Below are positions 25,374 through 36,086 of a stretch of 64,000 bases of DNA, one piece after another. Positions within the stretch are counted from its first letter, which is position 1. Each line of letters opens with the position of its first letter. Under the pieces are notes generated by a model. That model made no database searches, had not been told where the DNA came from, and saw nothing but the letters and a program-made list of their open reading frames with translations. The position numbers and the translations under genes are program-made. Origin of the DNA: Selaginella moellendorffii (taxonomy: Eukaryota > Plantae > Lycopodiophyta). The DNA lies in contig NW_003314392.1 of NCBI RefSeq assembly GCF_000143415.4, forward strand, positions 282,390 through 346,389, given 5' to 3'.

Positions 25374-28300
25374 CTCCCACTGGCACTGTGGCCATCACGA
25401 GTGATACTCATCAGTGGAGAAAGTCCCAGCCCTTCGCGATGGACTTGAAATCAATCTCGGGGTAGTGCTTTTGTGAAGATATCTGCAACCTGAGTGGTCG
25501 TGTCGCAGTAGATCAGCTCAATTGTGCCATCTTCCACTTTCTCACGAACAAAATGATGATGAATCCCAAAGTGTTTGGTGCGTGAATGAAAGCGAGGATT
25601 GGCCGCTAACGCAATGCAGCTTTGATTGTCACAGAAGAGGCGAGTGGGAGTCTTCACACTCACACCAAGGTTAGAAAGTAGTGAGCGTAACCACACACCT
25701 TCTTTGGTAGCTTGTGAGGCTGCCAAATATTCTGCTTCAGTACTAGAGGTTGCCACTGTACTTTGCTTCCTGCTGCACCACGAGACTGTCGCACTGCCCA
25801 GGGAAAACGAATAGCCAGAGGTGGACTTGCGTGTGTCACAGTCTCCCCCAAAATCAGCATCACAGTAGCCCGTGAGGGTAAGCGCTTTTCCCTGGTAGCA
25901 CAATCCAAGGTAAATAGTACCTCGAAGGTACCTGAAGATGCGTTTCACCGCTGCCCAATGTTGAGATCCAGGATTAGCCAGGATTGGCTAACTTTGCTCA
26001 CGGCAAAGAAATATCTGGGTGCGTACAAACAGCTGGATACATGAGACTGCCAACAGCTTGTCTGTAAGGGATGGAGTCCATGGCTCTCTTGTCGTCCTCT
26101 GTCTCAGGAGACATGGCTCGTGAAAGCTGGCAGCCTAGTTCCATTGGTGTCGCCACTGGATTAGAGCTCGTCATAGAAAACCTGGCCAGCATCTCTTCTA
26201 TATACTTGGCTTGGTGAAGATAGATAGTGCGTTGAGAGCGATCACGCACAAGTTCCATGCCAAGAAAGTAGGAAGCCGAGCCAAGAGTTTTCATCTCAAA
26301 TTGGCTGCAAAGATCTCACTTAACCTGGAGAAACATTAAGTGATGATTATGGATGACAAGAGTATCATCAACATAAAGAGCGATGATCACAAATGATTCA
26401 CCCTCCACCTGAATATAAAGATTCGGGTCTGCCTGGCTACGGGAAAAGCCCACACTTAGTATAAAATCGTCAAAGCGTTTGTACCAAGATCTGGGTGCTT
26501 GTTTCAAGCCGTAGACAGCTTTCTTGAGAAGCCAGAGATGATCCTCTTTTCTAGCGGCTAGAAATCCTTCTGGCTGTGCCATATAGATTTCTTCTTCAAG
26601 CGCGCCATAAAGAAACGCCGTGGTCACATCCATCTGTTCCAGATCAAAGTCTCCCACCGCAGCAAAATTAATCAAGGAACGAAGAGTAGAATGCTTAACC
26701 ACTGGAGCAAAGGTGTCGTTGTAGTCAAGTCCAGGAACTTGCGAGCATCCTTTCGCCACCAATCGCACCTTGTAGCGAACCGAGCCATCAGGATTAAGCT
26801 TCAGAGCATACACCCACATGCTCTTGATAATCTGGCGATCGGAAGGCACAGTTGGAACAAGAACATGTGTCTCGTTCTTTTGCTGTGAAGCAATCTCGGC
26901 TTCCATTGCTACACGCCAGTAAGACGCTTCCTGTGAGGCCATGGCTTCTCCATAGGTCCTCGGAACAGTAGGAGTCCCAGCTGCACGAGAGGAGACCATG
27001 GTCTCGATGAGACGCTCAGTAGGCCGCCTTGTGCGGATCGATCTGCGTAGAGGATCTGGAGGAGGCGGCGGGGTTGGTGGTGTTGGAGTAGAAGCGGCCA
27101 TGGGTTGTTGTGTAGGGACTGTTTGAAGCGGCACAGTGATCGTGCCGACAGTCAACTGATCTTGTTCCGCTTCAACGTCATTTTCTTCGGTCAAGGTAGG
27201 TCTGGAAGTAGAACCTTGACTAGAAGGAAGAAACGAATTCTCGTTGAAAACCACATCTCTGCTCAGGATCTCCTGCTTCGTGATTGGATTCCAGAGACGA
27301 TAGGCTTTGTGATCGAGGCTGTAGCCCACAAACACAGCCTTCTGGCTCTTGGGATCCAATTTCTTGCGCATTCCATCAGGGATGTGTGCCCACGCTTCAC
27401 ACCCGAATATTCTCAGATGCGTAACTGTAGGTTTCTTGCCACTCCATGTCAGCAAGGGCAGAGGTGGAGAGCCGGTTCTGGAGATAGTTCGCCGTCAAGA
27501 CAGCGTGAAACCAGAAGCTGCGAGGCAAACCACTGGAAAGTAGCATTGCCCGAGCACTCTCCACTAGTGTGCGATTCTTGCGCTCAGCTACGCCATTCTG
27601 TTGTGGAGTCTCTCGCGTTGTAAGTTCTCGCACAATCCCTCCTTGCTCACACAGCTGGTTGAAAGCATTGGAAGTGAATTCGCCTCCACCATCACTTCTC
27701 AATCGCTTGAGCATTTTCCCAGTTTGTGTTTCTCCCATATCCTTGAAAGTCTGGAAGTAGTGTAACGATTGGGATTTGCGAGCCATAGGGTAGATCATAG
27801 TGCGACGACTGTAGTCATCAATGAAACTGATAAAGTATTGGATACCTCCCACTGCTGTGGTGGCCATCGGGCCACACACATCAGTGTGTACAAGTTCCAT
27901 GAGCTCTGTAGCTCGAGATGCTCCAGTCTTGGGGAAAGGTTGGCGAGTAGATTTTCCTAGCTGACAGCCCTGGCAAAATGGAAGAACGGCTCTTGGGTCC
28001 AGGTCTAGACCTTCAACCATCTGCTCGCGTGCGAGCTGCTTGATTCTATCAGCACTAGGATGCCCCAGGCGTGCGTGCCAAAGCTCCAGTGAGTGACTGG
28101 TCGTTGTCTTTTGTGCATGTAGGCCCAGACTCCGTCCAGCAAGATCTGGCAGCATGGTAAGGCGGTAGAGGTCACGCCGTCCAGGCCGGGACGCTGTGAG
28201 GATGGCTCCTGTGGTCGAGATCAGCTGGAATTGGCGAGGTGTAATGGCGAACTGATACCCATCCTCAGCAAATTGTCCCACAGAGAACAAATTAGCACAT

Positions 28301-29455
28301 AAACCAGGAATATAAAGAACCTCGTGGATCTTTACGACTATTCCTTGTGGTAAAGTGAACTTGATGGTTCCAACTCCTTTCACAGCAAGCTGCTGGGCAT
28401 TGCCAACGATGACATACTCCTCTGTGGCTGTAGGAACATAGGCTTCAAAGTACTTATCACTGTTGAACATATGGTCTGTAGCAGTAGAATCCAGGTAGAT
28501 GCACTCTGCAGACAGTGCTGCCACAGCCATAGCTCGTGACAAGATGAAGGCGTGTACCACCTTTTTCTTTGCATTGTTCCTTACAGGCTTGAGAGATGGA
28601 TTTTTCACCCAGCATTGAGCTTCGTCATGGCCTTTCTTGTTGCAATGAGAACACTTGGGCTTCTTGGATGAAGAGGCTCCTTGTTTCCCTTTGTTCACTG
28701 TTTCTTTCCTGAGAGAAGAGTAGAATGCAACGGCCTCTGATCCTGTTGTTGCTCTTCGTCTCAGATCATCGTCCTGGAGGCTACTGATCACGCCATTCAG
28801 GGTTAGAGGAGTTCCAGTGGTAGTGAGGCTACGTATGAGAGGATCAAAGGATGGAGGAAGTGTGACGAGCACCAGCTCTGCTTCTTCTTCATCCTCTATG
28901 TTTGCACCCACATCCTTAAGATCATCTAAGATGGTTCTCACACCAGCAAGATGATCCTTGAGGTCATCCCCTTCAGCCATCACCAATGCATGAAGCTGCT
29001 TCCGTAAAAATATGTGATGGGATGTTGAAGGGATCTGGTAAGTCTGCTTCATGGCCTCCCACGCTTCCTTTGCACTCTTGCACCGTCCAATGCAATGGAA
29101 TTCTCGCCCCTCCAGCGCTGCATGGAATTTGCCCAAAGCTCTCTGGTCCTTCTTGCGATACTTCGCAGTTTCATCCACTGTAGCTGTATCTGGAAGTGTC
29201 TCAGTTCCTGTGGTGATGTCCCAGAGGCCTCGTTCATCCATATAGGATTCGAATTTTGTCTTCCAGAAGCGCCAGTTCCTCCCATCAAATTTTGGTGGAT
29301 TTGCGTCCACTGAAACGATATCCGCTGTAGGCACAGTCGGATTTGTGATGGGAGGGGAAATAGGTGGTGGATTTGGAGGCGGGTTTGTAGGAACAGTGGC
29401 TGCCATGGGTGCCGACACCCAATCCCACCACTCGTTCAAGTCTAGGTCCAGATTC

Positions 29456-29596
29456 TTAGTCGTCCAGTGCCTCTTGCAAGGCCTGCAGCGTTTGGATTAG
29501 GGCACGCCTCTGTCTACGTAGACGGAGGCTCCGATTCACCCTAGCAAGTGTCGCTCTGATCCTACGGTTTCGAATTCTTCTCGCTCTCCCAGGCAT
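29456..29596 (-). CDS. Putative 46-aa Arg-rich leader ORF of the Copia element
   Basis: ATG immediately after the PBS; MPGRARRIRNRRIRATLARVNRSLRLRRQRRALIQTLQALQEALDD*. Confidence 0.5.
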   Translation of the reverse strand: MPGRARRIRNRRIRATLARVNRSLRLRRQRRALIQTLQALQEALDD

Positions 29597-29609
29597 TGCT
29601 CCGATACCA

Positions 29610-29748
29610 TCTAACGAAAGGTGAAACCGTGTGATGGTGCTCAAGATCCGTCATAGCATATATGGAATGGAAAATGTACATATGTGTGACGGTGAAGACT
29701 CGTGTCTCTCCACGTGGACTAGCCACGTGGCACAGGGCCACTCTCAAA
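29610..29748 (-). repeat. Copia 5' LTR (139 bp)
   Basis: Direct repeat of 25224-25373 and directly adjacent to the PBS. Confidence 0.93.
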
Positions 29749-30139
29749 AATCGCTCATACGTTGGCGTTTCTTGGACTTACGATGCTATGGTCTCAAGTA
29801 AACAAACGTCTGATTTTCGCCTTTTCCTAGTAACTGTGTATTCTGTATGCAGATAAGTGAGATCCCTTTTTCTTTGTATGCAACATTCGTCATTGAGGAC
29901 CCCAACGAGCTGCCAGGCTGGGAAGTACGCATCTGGATCCAGCGATCGCTGGCCAACTCGTGGAGAGGCACAACACGCCATCACCCTTGTGCTGTGGGGC
30001 CCGGGGCGGCACAAGGGCCGCGCGGGCTGGCCGAGGGGTGTGGGGGGGCGCCAGGCCGCACCCATTTAGCCCCAACATAGCCTGGATCCCTCCCACCGCC
30101 ACAAAAGTGTTGTACCCTACCTCGAGGGCGGGTTGGTGT

Positions 30140-30862
30140 CACAAATCGATGGGAGTGAGGGATGAACTTTAGCGGATCCTAGTATCAAGGCCACTCTGCC
30201 GCTTACAGTACCCCATCCTTTATTTAAGTCGTTTGCAAAGGATTTATCTCCCTGCTCGTTCAGAATTGCAATCCGAAACCAGTTCACTTCATGTGTTCTC
30301 CGGGCCACCCCTACAACATTGGGTAACAACCAGGGAGGTCGACAGTGCCACTTCTAGCACAGATTCTGACTTAAAGGTGTTTTGTTATAATCCCCTGCAT
30401 GGTAGCCACTTCTAGCACAGATTCTGACTTATAGGCATTCTGTTATAATCCCTTGCATGGTAGCCACTGGCTTGTGCAATGACTAGTGATGCAAATCAAT
30501 GGTTCCTCTCATACTATTAATGTGGCGCCACGCATCAGTAGAGTAAAATTAACTTGTCTCATGACAGTCTAAACCCAACTCACGTTCTCTATTGGTGGGT
30601 GAATAATCTAACATTTGGTGAATTTTGCTTCACAATGATAGAAAGAGGTGACATCAAAGGATCAAAAAGCAATGTCACAAACCAATTATCCCTATGGTAA
30701 CTTTTCTGAAAAATTCTGAAAATCAAAAGGATTGATAAGCCATGCTTTCTGTATTGAAGATCAAAATTAAACAATTTTTTACCCTTTTGTTCCACATGGG
30801 ATTTCTATTCTTGTTGAGCTTATCTTAGGACACCTATGTTATCTTTTAACAGATGTGCTGCC
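30140..30862 (-). pseudogene. Degenerate 26S rRNA 3' fragment; the GC-rich stretch 29897-30140 is probably 3' spacer
   Basis: Reverse complement of LSU 3' sequence (plus strand reads AAGGCCACTCTGCC, TATTTAAGTCGTTTGCAAAGGATT, AAGGATCAAAAAGCAA, CTTAGGACACCT..TCTTTTAACAGATGTG). Many transitions, deletions and a 59-bp tandem duplication at about 30347-30468. Confidence 0.9.
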
Positions 30863-30864
30863 TA

Positions 30865-31405
30865 GGGAAACTTACCAAGTCCAAACATGGTGGTGCATGG
30901 CTGTTCTTAGTTGGTGGATTGATTTGTTTGGTTAATTTCGATAATGAATGAGACCTCAACTTTACATGGAGGCTTGCTTCCATGGCCAGCTTTTTAGAGG
31001 GACTTTTCGCTTCCAATGGAAGGAAGTTTGAGGCAATAACAAGTTTATGATGCCTTTAGATGTTCTGGGAAGCATGCACACTACACTAATGGACTCAATG
31101 AGTGTGTGCTTGGGCTGAAAGGCTTGGGTAATCTTGTGAAAATTCATCATTATGGGGATCATTGCAATTATTGATCTTTAACAAGGAATTCTTAGTAAGT
31201 GTGAGTCATTAGCTTGCGCTGACTACATCCTTGCCCTTTGTACACACTGCCCATTGCTCTTACCGATTGAATGATCTAGTGAAGTGTTTGGATTGTAGCG
31301 ATGTCAGCAATTCACCACTGGTGACAATATAAGAAGTTCATTTAACATTATCATTTAGAGGAAGGAGAAGTCATAACAAGGTTTCCGTAGGTGAAAGGAT
31401 CATTG
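30865..31405 (+). pseudogene. Degenerate 18S rRNA 3' fragment
   Basis: GGGAAACTTACCA..GGTGGTGCATGG..GCCCTTTGTACACAC..GAGGAAGGAGAAGTC(A)TAACAAGGTTTCCGTAGGTGAA..GGATCATTG; CpG-depleted. Confidence 0.93.
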
Positions 31406-31507
31406 ACACATATCTGTAACTTCTGCAGACTATGAACTTATATTGTACCCTGAGGGACCACACCCAGAAGTGCAGTTGGCCAGCGTTGTGGGCTCACAAC
31501 CTCCCGC

Positions 31508-31900
31508 CTGTGGGTGATGCCACAGGTGGGGGTCACAGCTGTGGGTGATGCCACGGTTGGTGGTCTGCAAGGCTGGTCAGGTGGAGGATGCAGCTGTCCT
31601 GCATTCGGGTTAATCCGGGACTTTCCACCTGTGGGTGATGCCATGGGTGGGGGTCCCAATTGCAGGCCTTATCAGCAGTGGTTATTCCTGGCATGGGTCA
31701 GTTGTGCTGGCTGCTTGGCACTTCTGGATGTGCAACCTTCCCACTTGTGGGTGATGCCATGAGCGGGGGGGTCACAACTGTGGGTGATGTCATGGTTGCC
31801 AGGCAGCTTCATCTGCCCAGTGTGCACAGGCAATGGGACTTCTCGCTTGTAGTGATGTGGGTGATGTGGGTGGGGTCACCGGCTGTGGGTGATGCCATGG
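31508..31900. repeat. Array of TGTGGGTGATGCCA-like motifs (about 7 copies, irregular spacing)
   Basis: Copies at about 31509, 31540, 31630, 31747, 31778, 31857 and 31885. Confidence 0.8.
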
Positions 31901-33617
31901 TTGTGATTCAGTACCTATATGGTCCTTATTAACCATATAGTTACCAGTACTATGTGGTTGATCATAGTTAACCAACAATTATATAACCAACACCATAATT
32001 ATTGTAGTTCCTCTATATTTATGCTAGAATGAAAATCTACATACAACAGCTACTTAATATTTATCACAACAAAATTTTGGTAAAACCTTCACCTTCTTTT
32101 ATCCTCCTTTCTTTATAAATATATCTAACATATAATGTCATATTTATGCATATTAAAAAACTATAAATGGGTGCAAGTTTTATTCCTTGTTACAATTTTA
32201 ACCATTGATCTATTTTAAACATATAATAACTTAAATATATACATATTCTAAAAAATATTCTTTATGAGTTGAGTGTAACCACTACTTTAAACCACTATTA
32301 TGATTACTAAACCAAAATTTAGTGAGAAGAGATATTAATTGTCAATTCAAAAAATATATTAGCATATACTAGCATTTACTTAAAATATTCATTAAAGTTC
32401 GAATCTATACTAGCAGAGAGCTGTAGCAAACTTGTCCACTACTCTGCGATATGTCAATACAAAAATGGCCCCTCCATTATGCACATATTGAAGACATGGC
32501 TGTTTTTATATCTTGATTAGCTACTTTAAGCAAGGGGAAGTAGAAACCATCCCGAATACAAATTGGTTTCAGTTCTTAGTAGAATCCAAGCAACATCAGC
32601 TTCATGGTGGACACCAGCCCCAGATCCCCAAAGAAGCGTCCAGAGCCACTGACATATTTCATATCATAAAAGGAAAGACAGAGAGAAGCAACCTTTTTTG
32701 GATGCAATGCTCTGCCAGTCACAGTGTTTCTTCTCGTGGTCTTGCTGACCACTCAATTTGTCAAAATGATGTTGAATGTATATACAATAGTAGCTCCCGC
32801 GAATGACGAAGTGCTGAAGATTGTTAGGCGGTACCCTGGACCAGGTATTTTTTTATTTCACCTTTGACGAGGTAGTTTTCAAGGTTTGATCGATCTTTGA
32901 CAAAATTGTTATAGTCAGATCAACTCCACTTTTATAGGAGTAGAGGTCTAGCTCACTGGTTACTGTTACCTAGTAAGTGACTCCACAGAATTGTTAAGTT
33001 GTGTTTTCTTTTTTTGCAGTCCAATAAGCGACTCTTCTTCACAGGTTATCACCTGTGACTTGAACTCTACAAAGAACTGTACATAGCCTGAAACTCTGAA
33101 ACCATACTTACCGGCAAACGCGTTTGTGAATATACCGAATATTCTTTCTTTTAGGGTTCTTAGCCGTGATGAAGTATGAAGCTTTGCATGTGCAACATCT
33201 GAATGATGAATGCATGAGCTTGCATGATCAAATGCAACTACTGAGAGATGGATAGAGAACTAACATGTCTTGCCTTGCTTCCGCTTGATAATCCTTTCCA
33301 GCACGGTCCATAGCCGCCAAGAGAGAGGAAACCCTAATAAGCAAAGACAAGCTTCTCGGTAGCAGAGAGAGAAAATCCTAATATACAACCTCCCGCGGAG
33401 AAATCTGATCCTGATCGTGAACAGGGGCGAGATTGCGTGCCGGATCATCACTTCGTAACTTTTTTTAGTGATACCGTTTGCAGCAAATTTTTGCATTTCC
33501 ACGTTTGCAACATTTGTGCGTTTGCGTGGTAAGTATGCTCTGAACACATTTTCGAGTGTGAGGTTCTTCAAAACCTCCAGAGTCCAGGAAGTTTAGGAGG
33601 CCTTAAAGGAAGGAATC

Positions 33618-36086
33618 ATGCTGGTGCCAGTGGTGTGCTTGTGGATGCTGCTGCTGAGCAGGGCAGAAGCTCAATCTCTAACTCCAGGTAGCATTCTCAC
33701 GCCCGGAAGCAATCGCTTCTGGACGTCCTCCAACGGCATGTTCGGCTTGGGATTCTTCAATTCATCAGCCCCCACCACTGAAATTCATGTCGGGATTGCT
33801 TTCGTGGATCAGATGCCTCCGACGCTGGTATGGATGCCCAATAGGACCCAGAGTTTGAGCAGCAACAGCAGCTTGCAAGTCACAGACTCCGGTCTCGTAA
33901 TCATCGAGTCTGGCGAGACAGTGTGGCGGAGCGGTGCAGCTGGAGCGGTCGTAGCAGAAGCCGAGCTCCTGGATGTGGGAAATTTCGTGTTGAGATCTGC
34001 AAGCTCCAACATAGTGTGGCAGAGTTTCGATTTCCCCACGGATACTCTGCTACTGGGACAGAAGCTACTGCCGATTGCTGGCCAGGCTCTTTCATCTTGG
34101 AGGACCAAGGCTGATCCAAAGCCAGGGCCGTTCTCGATGGTCATGGACGGGGACATGTCCAAGCCGCGGCTGCTGTACCAAGGTGCAATCGAGTACTGGA
34201 GCTGGACCACAGCGAAGTTCAATGAGTTCAGATTCTCGGATGATCCTGGGAACGAGACTACCGGGAACCTTACTGTTGGTTCGATCATCCAGGATTCATA
34301 CTGCGACGCGCAGCTGGTGAGCACCGAGTTCGCGAATTACAGGAAGAGGCTCACACTCGATCCGGACGGTAACCTTCGGTACTATGTCCGAGCACCGAAT
34401 TCAACCAAGTGGGGGGTGGTGTGGAGAGCTCTCTTTGATGCCTGCGATGTGTACAGCACCTGCGGTATTAACGGCTTGTGCGACTTCAATTCTCCAGCCA
34501 ACTCCAAGCCTCCCGCCGGCTGTCCCGTGGCTGATGAAGATCCACACCCGTGCAGTTGTCCACCCGGCTACCGTCCCGTCGACTCCAGTGAGCCGCAGAT
34601 TGGATGCCAGCCCCAGGAACCGCTCAGGTGCCCATCGAGAGACTTCCAAAAGCTTAACGACACTGTGTTTGGGGAGCTCTTACCTTCAAAAGAAGCCGAC
34701 TACAGAAACATCAAGGAGTCCGAGTGCGTAATCAACTGCGGGAACCAGTTGAACTGTAGCTCCTGCGCTGCTGCCGTGTATTCCACGGCTTCTTCCGAGT
34801 GCTGGCTCGTGGCGTCACCTCTTGTGAACGGCAGCATCTCTTCGAGTTCAGGTAAGCTTGTTTACGTGCGAGTGCCACCCTCGAATTCATCATCTGGTGG
34901 GGGTTTGACGCTGGGGGCGAAAGTTGGGATCGGGATAGGCACGCCGAGCTTCTTGTTGGTACTGCTGCTGTGTTCTGTGCTCGGGTCATATGAATACAAG
35001 CGGTACAGGAAAGGTCAAGTCCTGAAGCATGGAGTCTCGGAGGGTGTTGGAGGATTACAGAAGTTCAGCTATGACTATCTGAAGTGTGTTACGAAGGACT
35101 TTGCGAATGTGTTGGGACAAGGTGGCTATGGCGCTGTCTACCTCGGGGTGTTACCGGACGATACAAGAGTAGCGGTCAAGCTCCTGAATGAAGGTTTTCC
35201 ACAAGAATTCGATTCAGGCTCAAACGAGGACAAGAGTTTCTTGGCAGAGGTGGCAACTCTCGCGAACATACGCCACTCAAACGTGGTACACTTGCTGGGC
35301 TTCTGTCTGGAGGCTCCCAAGCATCTACTGGTGTATGAGTATTTGGAGAATAAGTCGCTGGACAAGGTCCTCTTCGAGCCGACCACACCGCTCACGAAGT
35401 GGAAGACCAGGATGCAAATTCTCATAGGTGCAGCCCGAGGGATCGAGTACTTCCATAGTTACAGCGGTGACAGGAGAGTTGTTCACCGGGACATCAAACC
35501 GGCCAACGTGCTCCTGACTGCCGACTTCCACGCCAAGGTTGCGGACTTCGGGCTGGCCAAGATCATGGACACTGCGACTCATATCACCAACTTCACTATG
35601 CCTGGGACAGTCGGCTACCGGGCTCCGGAATGCACCATCATCGGCGACGCCATCACCGTTCAGGCCGACGTCTTCAGCTTTGGAGTCGTGTGCATAGAAG
35701 TTGTATCCGGGAGGCGGCTCGTGTACGTGGAACAACAAGGACGGACTCGGGTCCTGCTCTTCAGGAGGGCTCTGGAGCTCATGCTGCAGGAGGAGTACAT
35801 GAAGCTGGTCGACGAGAGGCTTGCAGAGGACGGGATCGATGAGGACGAGGTGCGGAAGGTGGTGAGAGTTGCCGGCTGGTGCTTGCAGGAGGATCCCAAG
35901 CAGAGGCCCACTATGGACGCCGTGGTAGCACTGCTGAACGACGATACCAAGGCCGTTGAAATGCCACCGTTGGAAGGCAGCCTGCCGGCCTACGTGTTTA
36001 GGAACTTTGAGAGCGAGGATGAAGTTTCGGTTGCAAGGTTGACCGGCGACACCCTTTCCGTCGGCTCAAGCTTGGCTCGTGAATGA
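33618..36086 (+). CDS. G-type lectin S-domain receptor-like kinase (intronless, 822 aa)
   Basis: Signal peptide; B-lectin (GNFVL..WQSFDFPTDTLL); RLTLDPDGNLR; EGF and PAN cysteines; TM; kinase GQGGYG, VAVK, HRDIKPAN, DFG, APE. Confidence 0.96.
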   Translation: MLVPVVCLWMLLLSRAEAQSLTPGSILTPGSNRFWTSSNGMFGLGFFNSSAPTTEIHVGIAFVDQMPPTLVWMPNRTQSLSSNSSLQVTDSGLVIIESGETVWRSGAAGAVVAEAELLDVGNFVLRSASSNIVWQSFDFPTDTLLLGQKLLPIAGQALSSWRTKADPKPGPFSMVMDGDMSKPRLLYQGAIEYWSWTTAKFNEFRFSDDPGNETTGNLTVGSIIQDSYCDAQLVSTEFANYRKRLTLDPDGNLRYYVRAPNSTKWGVVWRALFDACDVYSTCGINGLCDFNSPANSKPPAGCPVADEDPHPCSCPPGYRPVDSSEPQIGCQPQEPLRCPSRDFQKLNDTVFGELLPSKEADYRNIKESECVINCGNQLNCSSCAAAVYSTASSECWLVASPLVNGSISSSSGKLVYVRVPPSNSSSGGGLTLGAKVGIGIGTPSFLLVLLLCSVLGSYEYKRYRKGQVLKHGVSEGVGGLQKFSYDYLKCVTKDFANVLGQGGYGAVYLGVLPDDTRVAVKLLNEGFPQEFDSGSNEDKSFLAEVATLANIRHSNVVHLLGFCLEAPKHLLVYEYLENKSLDKVLFEPTTPLTKWKTRMQILIGAARGIEYFHSYSGDRRVVHRDIKPANVLLTADFHAKVADFGLAKIMDTATHITNFTMPGTVGYRAPECTIIGDAITVQADVFSFGVVCIEVVSGRRLVYVEQQGRTRVLLFRRALELMLQEEYMKLVDERLAEDGIDEDEVRKVVRVAGWCLQEDPKQRPTMDAVVALLNDDTKAVEMPPLEGSLPAYVFRNFESEDEVSVARLTGDTLSVGSSLARE

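Larger units (their letters stand above)
25224..29748 (-). mobile_element. Full-length but decayed Ty1/Copia LTR retrotransposon (~4.5 kb)
   Basis: gag (CSHCNKKGHDEAQC), protease (YLDSTATDHM), integrase (WHARLGH..VHTDVCGP..RSDGGGEF..NGVAER), RT (LYVDD), RNase H (ADIFTKAL), with frameshifts and stops. iMet PBS TGGTATCGGAGCA at 29597-29609; GTGGGAG before the 3' LTR; TSD AATCG. Confidence 0.96.
24707..29897 (+). pseudogene. CAAX prenyl protease 1 (STE24/FACE1) 5' fragment, interrupted by the Copia element
   Basis: MAFPYLEAVV|GFMIFMYFFESYLHFR*YRALQLPTLP..FEKSRAY..LPWVW|..DPQNEI[Copia]AHTLAFL..WSQ|ISEIPFSLYATFVIE. In-frame TAG, introns retained, ends at the rDNA-derived piece. Confidence 0.9.

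Noticed and set aside
30140-31405. Functional rRNA genes
   Set aside because: Partial, in opposite orientations and heavily mutated in universally conserved positions.
31508-31900. CRISPR-like repeat-spacer pattern
   Set aside because: Repeats are only ~14 bp, spacing is irregular, spacers resemble each other, the context is eukaryotic and there are no cas genes.
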